The position numbers and the translations under genes are program-made. Shown here in pieces: positions 40,239 to 49,259 of a stretch of 64,000 bases of DNA (the stretch's first letter is position 1; every line of letters begins with the position of its first letter). The stretch covers positions 3,392,001-3,456,000 of the forward strand of contig OY762897.2 of NCBI GenBank assembly GCA_963666515.2. Reading direction: 5' to 3'. Origin of the DNA: Candidatus Binatia bacterium. Lineage in GTDB: Bacteria > Desulfobacterota > Binatia > UBA9968 > JAJDTQ01. A model generated the notes under the pieces. That model ran no database searches. It saw only the letters and a program-made list of their open reading frames with translations, and was not told where the DNA came from.

Positions 40239-41981
40239 TCAGCGCGCCACCCGCCGCCGGCGCGCCTCCTGCGATGCCTTGAAGTCCACCCCGGCGCCGT
40301 CCGGGGTCAGCACCGCGCCGTACACCTCGACAGCCGCCTTCGCCGAAATGAACCCGTTGCGGAGATCCTCGTCCACCCGTTCGAGATCGCGTTCCTCGGG
40401 TAGCCCGTAGCCGCCGCCACCGCCGCCGTGGTGGACCGACACCGTGCCCGGCGGGATGTCGTCGATGATCTCCATGGCGTGGGCGTTCCGGCGCTCGCCG
40501 CCCGGGAACCGGAACTCCACGCTGTTCAACGTACCCGCTCCGCCCCCCAGCACCCCCGGTGACGGCTCCATGGCGCCGTCGCCGTGGGTGGAGCCGCCGG
40601 TCTCCTCGCCGTAGTAGCGCACCCGGGTGCGGGTGCCGAGCCCGCCGCGCCACCGGCCCGGGCCGGCCGAGTCGGTCACGTACTCGTGCTCCATTAGGTG
40701 TACCGGGTTCTGCACCTCGAAGGTCTCGTAGTCCTGCGCCAGCACGTTGCCGCCGCCCATGAGCCCGGGCTGGTTGTAGCCGTCCACCCCGTGCGTCGCG
40801 CCGCCGCCCTCGTAGGTCAGGAAGAAGATGTCGTGGAAGCCCCGCCCGTTGCGCGGGTCCTTGCCGGTCATGCGGTACGACAGGCGCCGGCCCCAGGGGG
40901 CGGTGATGCGCTCGGGAAGCGCTTCGCGCAGCGCCAACATGATGGCCTCGCCGGTGTGCTGGCAGAGCTTGTTGCCCATGAACGTGGCCGCGGGATAGCG
41001 GGCATTGAGGATCGACCCCTCGGGCGCGTGGATGTCCACGGCGCGAACCAGCCCGTGGTTGTGGAGCACCTCCGGGCTCAGCAGGTAGAGCAGCGTCGTG
41101 AGTGTCGCCGCGGTGGTGGAGGTCAGGGACGCGTTGGTGAAGGTGGGAGTCTGCGGGTCCGTGCCCGAATAGTCGAAGGCGATGCGGTCGCCCCGGACCG
41201 TCACCTTCACGGCGATCCTGGAAGTCGATGGATTACCCGGCTCGTCCTGGTAGACGGTGCTCTCACCGAAGTACTCGCCGTCGGGCAGCGCCGCAATCTC
41301 GGCCCGCACGCGCCGCTCGGTCATGTCGTAGAGGCGCTCGACGTTGGCGTCGAAGGCCCCGGCGCCCTCCGCTTCGATGAACGCCAGCAGGCGTCTTTCA
41401 CCCAGGGCGCAGCTCCCCAGTTGCGCCTTGGCGTCGGCCTCGACGATCTCCCGCAGCCGCACGTTGGCGAAGATCAGCTCCCACACGTCGCGCCGCAGCC
41501 GGCCCTTCTCCCACAGCTTGACCGGAGGGATGCGCAGCGCTTCCTGGTGCACTTCCACCGCCTCGGGATTGCAGGTGCCCTTGACCGCCCCGCCGATGTC
41601 CGCCCAGTGGCCCCGGCAGGCGGTCCACGCCGCCAGCTCGCCGCCCGCGAACACCGGCTTGTAGAACCCCACGTCGGCGTGCTGCAGGTTGGCGCACCAG
41701 ACGTCGTTGTGGATGAAGACGTCGCCGTCGTGGATGTCCCCGCCGAAGAAGTCCATCAGGTAGCCGCAGCCCGGGTAGAGCGAGAAGGCCATCAGCGGCA
41801 GGTGCTCGTCCTGTTCCAGCATCCGCCCGCGGGCGTCCAGGAACCCCAGCGCGAAGTCGCCGTTGTTGATGAGCGGCGAGCGGCTGCTGCGGTACAGCGC
41901 CCGCGCCATCTCGTGGGTGAGGGACTTGACCCGCCGCTGGAACACGACGGTGCGGGCCGATTGTGACAACTCGATGGTCAT
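40239..41981 (-). CDS. Hydantoinase B/oxoprolinase family protein
   Basis: HNDVW, GHWADIGG, QEALRIPP, DSAGPGRWRGGLG, GGGGGYG. Confidence 0.93.
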   Translation of the reverse strand: MTIELSQSARTVVFQRRVKSLTHEMARALYRSSRSPLINNGDFALGFLDARGRMLEQDEHLPLMAFSLYPGCGYLMDFFGGDIHDGDVFIHNDVWCANLQHADVGFYKPVFAGGELAAWTACRGHWADIGGAVKGTCNPEAVEVHQEALRIPPVKLWEKGRLRRDVWELIFANVRLREIVEADAKAQLGSCALGERRLLAFIEAEGAGAFDANVERLYDMTERRVRAEIAALPDGEYFGESTVYQDEPGNPSTSRIAVKVTVRGDRIAFDYSGTDPQTPTFTNASLTSTTAATLTTLLYLLSPEVLHNHGLVRAVDIHAPEGSILNARYPAATFMGNKLCQHTGEAIMLALREALPERITAPWGRRLSYRMTGKDPRNGRGFHDIFFLTYEGGGATHGVDGYNQPGLMGGGNVLAQDYETFEVQNPVHLMEHEYVTDSAGPGRWRGGLGTRTRVRYYGEETGGSTHGDGAMEPSPGVLGGGAGTLNSVEFRFPGGERRNAHAMEIIDDIPPGTVSVHHGGGGGGYGLPEERDLERVDEDLRNGFISAKAAVEVYGAVLTPDGAGVDFKASQEARRRRVAR

Positions 41982-42093
41982 GAGGAATTCGTGGAACTCT
42001 CCCTCTTGGTTATTACACGAACTGCCGGAAAGCCATCTTCATGACCTGGCCGTGCATTCTATTCATAGAAAAAACATTTCTTGTGGTTATAAG

Positions 42094-42125
42094 TTCACGT
42101 TTAATTCATGAAACGTCTGTATCAT
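42094..42125 (+). promoter_or_regulatory. Putative OmpR-type tandem site and -10 box upstream of the hybrid kinase-regulator
   Basis: TTCAC (42094) and TTCAT (42105) at an 11-bp period, followed by TATCAT at 42120-42125, in an AT-rich intergenic region. Confidence 0.4.
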
Positions 42126-42174
42126 GTGTGTCCAAATAGTCTCAAATATCGGCGATTGTTGAAAGGGTGGGACA

Positions 42175-44541
42175 TTGAATCGTCCAGGCAGAACGAAGCG
42201 AGACGACAAGACGCCGCGCGACGAAACCTCCCGGCTCAGCGCGGCGATCCTGCGCATCAGCGCGAGCCTCGACCTCGAGACCGTCCTTCGCGAGACGGTG
42301 GAGAGCGCCCGCGCCCTGACCGACGCCCACTACAGCGTGATCACGACCATCGACAAGTCGGGGCAGGTCCTGGACTTCGTCTCCTCCGGGTTCACTCCGG
42401 AGGAGCACCGACAGATGGCAGGCTGGCCCGACGGACCGCGGCTCTTCGAACACTTCCGGGACGTTGCCGGACCGATGAGGCTGCCGGACCTGCACGCTTA
42501 CTTCCGCTCGCTCGGCTATTCCGCGGAGGTGATACCTTCGCAGACCCTCCACACCTTTCAGGGAATGTCGCTGCGCTATCGGGGCGAGCACGTCGGCAAC
42601 TTCTTTCTCGCCAGAAAGGAAGGCGGACGGGAGTTCACGAGCGAAGACGAAGAGATCATGGTGTTGTTCGCGTCGCAGGTGGCGACGGCGATCGTCAACG
42701 CCCGCAAGCACCGCGACGAGCAGCGGGCGCGGGCGGAACTGGAGGCCCTGGTCGACACGTCGCCGGTGGGCGTGGCGGTCTTCGATGCCAAGACCGGCAA
42801 ACCTGTATCTCTCAATCGCGAGGCAAGGCGGATCGTCGAAGGACTGCGCATACCGGGCCACTCTCCAGAGCAGTTGGCGGAGGTGGTCACTTACCGGCGC
42901 GCCGATGGACAGGAGGTATCCCTCGACAAGCTGCCGCTCGCGCAAGAACTCGGGCGCGGCGAGACCGTGCGCGCCGAGGAGGTCGTGCTGTCGGTCCCGG
43001 ACAGCCGCAGCGTCAAGACGTTGATCAACGCCGCACCGATCCGTTCCGAGGACGGCGAGGTCGAGTCGGTGGTGGTCACCCTGCAGGACCTGACGCCGCT
43101 GGAGGAGCTGGAGCGGTTGCGGACGGAGTTCCTGGGCCTGGTGAGCCACGAGTTGCGCGCCCCGCTGACCTCCATCAAGGGCTCGACCGTGACGGTCCTG
43201 GGCGCATCGCCGGCGTTGCCCTCGGCCGAGATGCTCCAGTTCTTCCGCATCATCGACGAGCAGGCCGACCACATGCGCGTCCTGATCAGCGACCTGCTGG
43301 ACGCGGGACGCATCGACACGGGCACGCTGTCGATCGTCCCCGAGCCCACGGAAGTGGCCGTCCTGGTGGACCAGGCGAGGAAGACGCTGCAGAGCGGCGG
43401 CAACCGGCACACCGTTCTCATCGATCTTCCGCAGGACCTGCCCCGGGTGATGGCCGACCGGCAACGCATCGTCCAGGTCTTGAACAACCTCCTGGCCAAC
43501 GCATCCCGGCATTCTCCCGAGTCGGCGCCCATCCGGGTCGCCGCGGTGCACGACGGCGTGCACGTGGCGGTCTCGGTCACCGATGAAGGCAAGGGGATCC
43601 CCGCGGAGATGCTGCCGCGCCTTTTTCAGAAGTACACCGGCCTCGCCGGCGACGGGGAGCGCGGGCTCGGCGCGTCCGGCCTTGGACTGGCCATCTGCAA
43701 GGGACTGGTGGAGGCCCATGGCGGCCGCATCTGGGCCACCAGCGGCGGGACGGGCCAGGGCACGCAGTTCACTTTCACGATCCCGGTGACCGAGGAGGCC
43801 GGCGACGCACCCGCGGCCGGCTCCGTCCAAGACCGTTCGGACCTGCCTCGCGAAGGACGCGAGCCGACGCCCATCCTTGTGGTGGACGACGACCCGCAGA
43901 CGCTGCGCCACGTCCGCGACGCGCTCGCCACCGCGGGCTACCATCCCCTCGTGACCGGCGACCACCGGGAGATTTCCCGCATCATCAAGACCGAGAAGCC
44001 CAGGCTGGTCCTGCTCGACCTGCTGGTCCCCGGGACCGACGGAATCGAGTTGATGCAAAGCATCCCCGAGCTGGCCGACATCCCGGTCATCTTCATCTCC
44101 GGCTACGCAAGGGATGAGACGATCGCAAGGGCGTTCGAGATCGGCGCCGCAGACTACATCGTCAAGCCCTTCTCGCCGACGGAACTGACGGCGAGGATCC
44201 GGGCGGCCCTGCGCAAGGAGGCCGGACCGGAATCCTTCGTGCTGCGGGATCTCGCCATCCACTACGACGACCGCCGGGTGACCATGGCCGGGCGGCCCGT
44301 GCGGCTGACGGTCACCGAGTACGAACTGCTGCGCGTGCTCTCGGTCAACGCCGGAAGGGTGACGACGTACGGTGCGCTGATCCGCCAGGTGTGGCGCGGT
44401 CAGGACTCGGGCGACTCGAAGCTCGTGCGCACCTTCGTGAAGAAGCTCCGCCGCAAGCTCGGCGACGACGCGTCCCGCCCGGCCTACATCCTCACCGAGC
44501 GCGGGCTCGGCTACCGCATGGCGAGACCGGGCGGCCCGTAG
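42175..44541 (+). CDS. Hybrid sensor-regulator: GAF-PAS-HisKA-HATPase-REC-OmpR wHTH
   Basis: VSHELRAPLTSI H-box, NNLLANA, DEGKG, SGLGLAIC, ILVVDDD..LLDL..KPF receiver, LTVTEYELL..YILTERGLGY wHTH. Confidence 0.92.
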   Translation: MNRPGRTKRDDKTPRDETSRLSAAILRISASLDLETVLRETVESARALTDAHYSVITTIDKSGQVLDFVSSGFTPEEHRQMAGWPDGPRLFEHFRDVAGPMRLPDLHAYFRSLGYSAEVIPSQTLHTFQGMSLRYRGEHVGNFFLARKEGGREFTSEDEEIMVLFASQVATAIVNARKHRDEQRARAELEALVDTSPVGVAVFDAKTGKPVSLNREARRIVEGLRIPGHSPEQLAEVVTYRRADGQEVSLDKLPLAQELGRGETVRAEEVVLSVPDSRSVKTLINAAPIRSEDGEVESVVVTLQDLTPLEELERLRTEFLGLVSHELRAPLTSIKGSTVTVLGASPALPSAEMLQFFRIIDEQADHMRVLISDLLDAGRIDTGTLSIVPEPTEVAVLVDQARKTLQSGGNRHTVLIDLPQDLPRVMADRQRIVQVLNNLLANASRHSPESAPIRVAAVHDGVHVAVSVTDEGKGIPAEMLPRLFQKYTGLAGDGERGLGASGLGLAICKGLVEAHGGRIWATSGGTGQGTQFTFTIPVTEEAGDAPAAGSVQDRSDLPREGREPTPILVVDDDPQTLRHVRDALATAGYHPLVTGDHREISRIIKTEKPRLVLLDLLVPGTDGIELMQSIPELADIPVIFISGYARDETIARAFEIGAADYIVKPFSPTELTARIRAALRKEAGPESFVLRDLAIHYDDRRVTMAGRPVRLTVTEYELLRVLSVNAGRVTTYGALIRQVWRGQDSGDSKLVRTFVKKLRRKLGDDASRPAYILTERGLGYRMARPGGP

Positions 44542-44544
44542 GAA

Positions 44545-44569
44545 CCCCTGCTTCGGGTCGAAGCCGGGG
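44545..44569. terminator. GC-rich hairpin between convergent genes
   Basis: CCCCTGCTTCG-GGT-CGAAGCCGGGG; no U-tract. Confidence 0.4.
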
Positions 44570-44585
44570 CTGCACGGCGCCGAGG

Positions 44586-46670
44586 TTACGGCCCACCAGC
44601 CCGGGTCAGAACGAAGCTCCCCGCCTCGTCCACACGCACCGCAAACGCCGCCGGCGCCAACAGGGTGGTCTGCGGCAGCTCGACGATAGCCGGCCCGCGC
44701 AGGCGGCAGCCGCTGTCCATCGAGTCCCCGCGGTACACCGCGAACTCCCGGAAGGACGACTCCCCCGGGGCGTAGGCCCGCCGCGCCCCGTCCGGTTCCG
44801 GCGCCGCGGTTCCGGCCGTCCGGGTCCGCGGAAGCTCAGGCCGGGGCCTGCGGGCGACGCATCGCACCCGCAGGTTGACCAGCTCCAGCATTTCTTCGGG
44901 AAGGCCGTAGCCGAACAGCCGCTCGTGGAGGGCGTCGAAGCGCGCGTGCAGCTCGTCGAGCCGCAACCTCTGCGCCAGGACGGCGTCCAGGGGAAGGTTC
45001 AACTCGTGGATCTGGCGCAGGTAGCGGAGGTCCGCGGAGTAGCGCACCTCCACATGGTCCGGACGGGCGCCCTCGGACACCAGCGTCCGCCGGCCCTCCT
45101 CGGCCATCCCGGCAAAGAGCGCCCGCCAGCGCTCCGGCTCCACTTGCTCGCCGGAGGCGCAGTAGCTGCGCACCAGGTCGTGCTTGAGGTCCGCGAAGAG
45201 CATGCCGACGGCGCAGAAGACCCCGGACTGCCGCGGCACGATCACTTCTCGTATCCCCAACTCCTGGGCCACCGCGGCCGCGTGCACCGGCCCCGCGCCG
45301 CCGCCCACCACCAGCGGCATGGCCTCGGGGTCGAGACCGTGGTCCACGATCATGTCGCGGATGCCGGCGGCCATGCCGGCGTTGACGACCTCGAAGGCGG
45401 CCGCCGCGGCCTCCTCAACGGAAATGCCCAGGGGCTCGGCCAGGTGCTCCCGGACCGCCCGCTCCGCCGGCTCCCGCAGGAGCCGCATGCGGCCGCCGAG
45501 AAAGTAGGCGGGGTCCAGGTAGCCCAACAGCAGGTCCACGTCGGTGCAGGTGGGCAGCGTGCCGCCCTTGCCGTAGCATGCCGGGCCGGGCGCGGCTCCC
45601 GCGCTCTGGGGGCCCACCTGAAGGCCTCCTCCGGCGTCGACCCGGGCGATGCTGCCGCCGCCGGCGCCGATGGTGCGGATGTCGATCATCGGCAGCGCCG
45701 TGGCGTAACGCCCGACGCGCCCTTCGGCAACCTCCCGGGGCTCGCCGCCCGATGCCAGGGAGATGTCGAGGCTGGTGCCGCCCATGTCGATGACCGCGCA
45801 GTGGGAAGCCCCGGCGCTGCCGGCGTAGAGCCGCGCGGCCACGGGCGCGGCGGCCGGACCGGACAGGAGCGCCGCAGCGGCCCGCGAGATGATCTCCGCC
45901 GGCGCCATCAGCCCGGCCGCCGAGTTCATGATCAGCAGTTGCCCGGCGAAACCCGCGCCGGCGAGGCGGTCCGCCAGCGACAGCAGGTACGACTTCAGCA
46001 GCGGCCCGATGTAGCTGTTCAGCACCGCGGTGCTGACGCGGTTGTAGTAGCCCAACTGCGGCAGCAGCTCCGAGGAGACGGTGAGGTACGCGTCCGGCAA
46101 CGCCTCCCGCAGCCGGGCCGCCACCGCCCGCTCGTGCTCCTGGTTGGCGTAGGCGTGCATGAGACACACGGCCACCGACTCGACCGCGTGCGCCTTCAGG
46201 GTCTCGACCGCCGCCTCCAGCGTCCCGGCATCCAGCGCCGTGAGGACGCTGCCGTCCCAGTCCACCCGCTCGCCCACGGGCAGCCTCAGGTAGCGCGGCA
46301 CCAGCGGCGGCGGCGCCTCGTACTTGTTGTCGAGGGGCTCCTCCTTGACGCCCCGGCGCATCTCCAGCGCGTCCCTCGTGCCCCTGGTGGTGACCAGCCC
46401 GGTCCGGCAACCCGTGCCCGTGAGCACCGCGTTGGTGGCCACGGTGGTGCCGTGGACCACGAAGTCCACGCGCCGCAGGAAAGTCCCCGGATCGGTCCCG
46501 CGTTGCTCCGCGAGGTCCGCTACGCCGCGCATGATGGAACCGGCCAGATCGACGGGATCGGCCGGGACCTTGTGGACCGCCATCGCGCCGGCCGCGTCGC
46601 AGAGGGCGAAATCGACGAAGGTGCCGCCGACGTCCACGCCCACCATGTAGCGACCTCGGCTATCAATCAT
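44586..46670 (-). CDS. Hydantoinase A/oxoprolinase family protein
   Basis: GVDVGGTFVD, HGTTVATN, LLSGPAA, DMGGTS, IGAGGGS, AGAAPGPACY, GGGAG. Confidence 0.93.
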   Translation of the reverse strand: MIDSRGRYMVGVDVGGTFVDFALCDAAGAMAVHKVPADPVDLAGSIMRGVADLAEQRGTDPGTFLRRVDFVVHGTTVATNAVLTGTGCRTGLVTTRGTRDALEMRRGVKEEPLDNKYEAPPPLVPRYLRLPVGERVDWDGSVLTALDAGTLEAAVETLKAHAVESVAVCLMHAYANQEHERAVAARLREALPDAYLTVSSELLPQLGYYNRVSTAVLNSYIGPLLKSYLLSLADRLAGAGFAGQLLIMNSAAGLMAPAEIISRAAAALLSGPAAAPVAARLYAGSAGASHCAVIDMGGTSLDISLASGGEPREVAEGRVGRYATALPMIDIRTIGAGGGSIARVDAGGGLQVGPQSAGAAPGPACYGKGGTLPTCTDVDLLLGYLDPAYFLGGRMRLLREPAERAVREHLAEPLGISVEEAAAAAFEVVNAGMAAGIRDMIVDHGLDPEAMPLVVGGGAGPVHAAAVAQELGIREVIVPRQSGVFCAVGMLFADLKHDLVRSYCASGEQVEPERWRALFAGMAEEGRRTLVSEGARPDHVEVRYSADLRYLRQIHELNLPLDAVLAQRLRLDELHARFDALHERLFGYGLPEEMLELVNLRVRCVARRPRPELPRTRTAGTAAPEPDGARRAYAPGESSFREFAVYRGDSMDSGCRLRGPAIVELPQTTLLAPAAFAVRVDEAGSFVLTRAGGP

Positions 46671-46939
46671 AACCCTGAGATATCATTGCTGTTTTTACGG
46701 CGGCAAGACTGTGTATCGCTGAGCAGCTCAATCTTTATCGTAAGCATACTGTAAGCAGATTCATTCCAGTTGGTGCGCGTCCACACGCGTCGCTGTCCTC
46801 GTTGTCGCGCTGTCCGCTGTCGAACTCGGTCCGTAAATCTTCAAACACCAATCCGCCGGTCTGGCACTTTATACCAGTTTCTCTTCCGTGCCGAAGACTG
46901 CTCCCGGCTAAGACGGAGCCGCCTTGTGCTTCGACAATG

Positions 46940-47230
46940 ACCCTAGCGCCGGATTCCGCTTCGCCGGCCGACTTGATGGAGTCGCTGCTCAAAGTAGTCA
47001 CGAAACACTTGGTTCTCGGGATTCTCGGGATAGACTACCGGATCGGCCCATATCGCTCCCAAGCGTCCCACCAGTCCTGCGATCCAGTCTGAAGTGTCTG
47101 ATAGCAGTGGCTTTCTATATGCAACAGCGGTTCGATCAGATGCCGACGCCGGTGTTTCTGAACAAGGCTCCCCCCCAGCTCGACCTCCTTCAGCCGGTCG
47201 CCTATTGGGTACGAGTGTCGCACACGGTAG
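46940..47230 (-). pseudogene. Degraded gene fragment of unknown family
   Basis: Protein-like text ..DWWDAWERYG continues in another frame as VVYPENPENQVFRDYFEQRL; no start or family motif. Confidence 0.3.
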
Positions 47231-47374
47231 CCAATAGGAGGGCGTGTGCAGCTTAGTAGATCGTCGCCGGGAGGTGGGGCGTGTGTTGGATATTTGGGCG
47301 GACGGGGAGGGTCGTCATCTAGTCGGGTGTCTCCGCGTTGCGCAGCTGGACTGCGGAAAGGAGTGCAGGTTTGA

Positions 47375-48775
47375 TCAAGTCGCTGGGTCGACCACCGTGG
47401 AGACGTGAGCGATTCGGTGATTCTTGATCTGGTACTCGATCACATACGGCGAAACACCGAACTCCGCCGCCAACTCGCTAATGTCGTCGGTGTCGACGAT
47501 GGTACCCAGGATTCTGTCCCGTAGCCCAGACGCGGGCGCGAGAAACTCGGCTGCAAAAGCACGGTTGCGCTGTTGTCGCTCCGAGTAGGCTTTTGTGAGC
47601 AGCGTATTGGAGTCCGGTGACAGCAAAACTTCTCCAAGGGCGCGGCAAAAGTTGAACCGTTGGCTGTCGCCACGGAGCGCTCGCAGAGCAAAGGCCGGGC
47701 TCCCATCGTCGCTACGGGTAATGATGCCGTCCACCAGCGCCGGCCAGCCGCGGGCGGCCGCGGGCGGTCTGGTTGCTTTCCTGATCGAACCGGCGTCTTC
47801 GCCAACAGCTTCCGCCAATCGCTGCATGGTGGGTAGCGGTTGGCCGTCCAGCTTTAGGTGTTGGCGTAGCCGCTGTGCGCAGTTGTACCCGACATGCCAA
47901 GGGTACCCGACATCCCGGGGCTGTCTGTGACCGAGAAACACAAGGTGTTCGTGATGAATGTCCTGGAAATCCGGCTCTGCGGTTGTCTCTAGATTCTCTT
48001 CATGGCGGTAGGATCGAATGCGGTGTAGAGGAAGACTCCGAGATCTCCTCGTTTTGTATAGTGTGTCTACAATGGCGAGCCATTCTTCGTGTACTCCTTC
48101 TGTGTTGACGACGGGAACCGCTTCGCCGAGCAACTCGCCCAGCCTGTCTGCGAAGAGAACGACCCAGTCACGTTGGCCGTCGTCCAGAGCATACGGGTCC
48201 CAGCCTACCCCGGCTGCTGTTTCGCAGAACCGTATCTCGTCGTCGTCGGCGGTCTGGATTGCCTCCCACTCTTTCTGGAGGAACGTGTCGTCGACCCCCA
48301 GAAACGCAAGCCTTCGGATTACCTTGTCGATGAGACCGGAGCAGCACTCGCGAAACTCGTCGCTGTCCATCCACATCTCGCCATGGTCTAAGAACTCTAC
48401 CTTCGTCCAAGGACGCTGGTCGCGTTTCCAGGTGAGGTGGGTCCAAGAGCCAGAAGAAACGGCCTCCAAGCTTGGAAACGCATAGCCTTCCCGGTTGGCG
48501 CTAAGCGAATGGCGATGATGGAACTCGCGGCATCCTTCCTTGGCAGGGCTCCCAAACTCGTGCGCCAGAAACCACCAGTGGGTAGCCAGCCACTCTGCCA
48601 ACGGATACACCGGAACATGGATAAAGTCGCGCACGGTTCTCGCGCGGGTGTCGAGTACTCGGGTTACGACCGAGTCGCCGGCTTTGATTTTCAGGGATGC
48701 CCAGGTCGCGGACAACTCTGGTCCCTTGATCCCTTCCGGGTCTACCCAATCAATTTCAATGCTAAGCTGCGGCAT
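47375..48775 (-). CDS. ImmA/IrrE-like protein with degenerate HExxH and large N-terminal domain
   Basis: C-terminal QRFNFCRALGE (RFTLAHELGH position), QQRNRAFAAEFLAP, ELAAEFGVS HTH; start MPQLSIEIDW overlaps the upstream gene. Confidence 0.75.
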   Translation of the reverse strand: MPQLSIEIDWVDPEGIKGPELSATWASLKIKAGDSVVTRVLDTRARTVRDFIHVPVYPLAEWLATHWWFLAHEFGSPAKEGCREFHHRHSLSANREGYAFPSLEAVSSGSWTHLTWKRDQRPWTKVEFLDHGEMWMDSDEFRECCSGLIDKVIRRLAFLGVDDTFLQKEWEAIQTADDDEIRFCETAAGVGWDPYALDDGQRDWVVLFADRLGELLGEAVPVVNTEGVHEEWLAIVDTLYKTRRSRSLPLHRIRSYRHEENLETTAEPDFQDIHHEHLVFLGHRQPRDVGYPWHVGYNCAQRLRQHLKLDGQPLPTMQRLAEAVGEDAGSIRKATRPPAAARGWPALVDGIITRSDDGSPAFALRALRGDSQRFNFCRALGEVLLSPDSNTLLTKAYSERQQRNRAFAAEFLAPASGLRDRILGTIVDTDDISELAAEFGVSPYVIEYQIKNHRIAHVSTVVDPAT

Positions 48776-49164
48776 ACAGCAACTCGATGCCCTTCGGCCA
48801 TTCGTCACTGCCCAAGGGATACCCCTTATACGAACCGGACTCGCGGTTCACTAGCCGGGCTTCAAAGACAGTGTCGCCCGTGCATGTACCACACATAACG
48901 CGGGAATTCTCCCTCCCATGGCGCGCCGACAGCGCCTCGCCGAATTGCCAACCGCAGCCATCTGGAGACCATTTCGCGGTCCGTTATCTCTCGAGGGCAG
49001 CAAGAAGCGTCGGCACGCAAGCGAGGTTGCCCGGCAAAGCTTGGAATGTCCTTGTGTTCGGTACTCCCTTCATACACGACTTGGGTAGCCAAACCGTCCA
49101 GATCGATGTCGGACGGAACTTCAATCGTCCGTTTGCGCGCACGTTTGCGTCGTGGGGCTCGCAC
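48762..49164 (-). pseudogene. Small hypothetical (putative toxin/RNase-like) gene with a single +1 indel near 48880
   Basis: YEGSTEHK..GEFPRYVWYMH then, one base shifted, GDTVFEARLVNRESGSYKGYPLGSDEWPKGIELLYAAA*; the restored stop overlaps the IrrE-like start by 14 bp. Confidence 0.65.
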
Positions 49165-49259
49165 TGTTCATTGTCCTCCAACTCGTGGAAGTATAGCTCC
49201 CTTCCAGGGGCGAGAGCCAGCCATTCGCAGGCCAAATATTCATGAGATGCGCCCGTTAG

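Noticed and set aside
44523-44606. Convergent kinase and hydA genes both ending in GGP-stop, as a sign of an insertion duplication
   Set aside because: Nucleotide similarity is too short and GC-rich to exceed chance.
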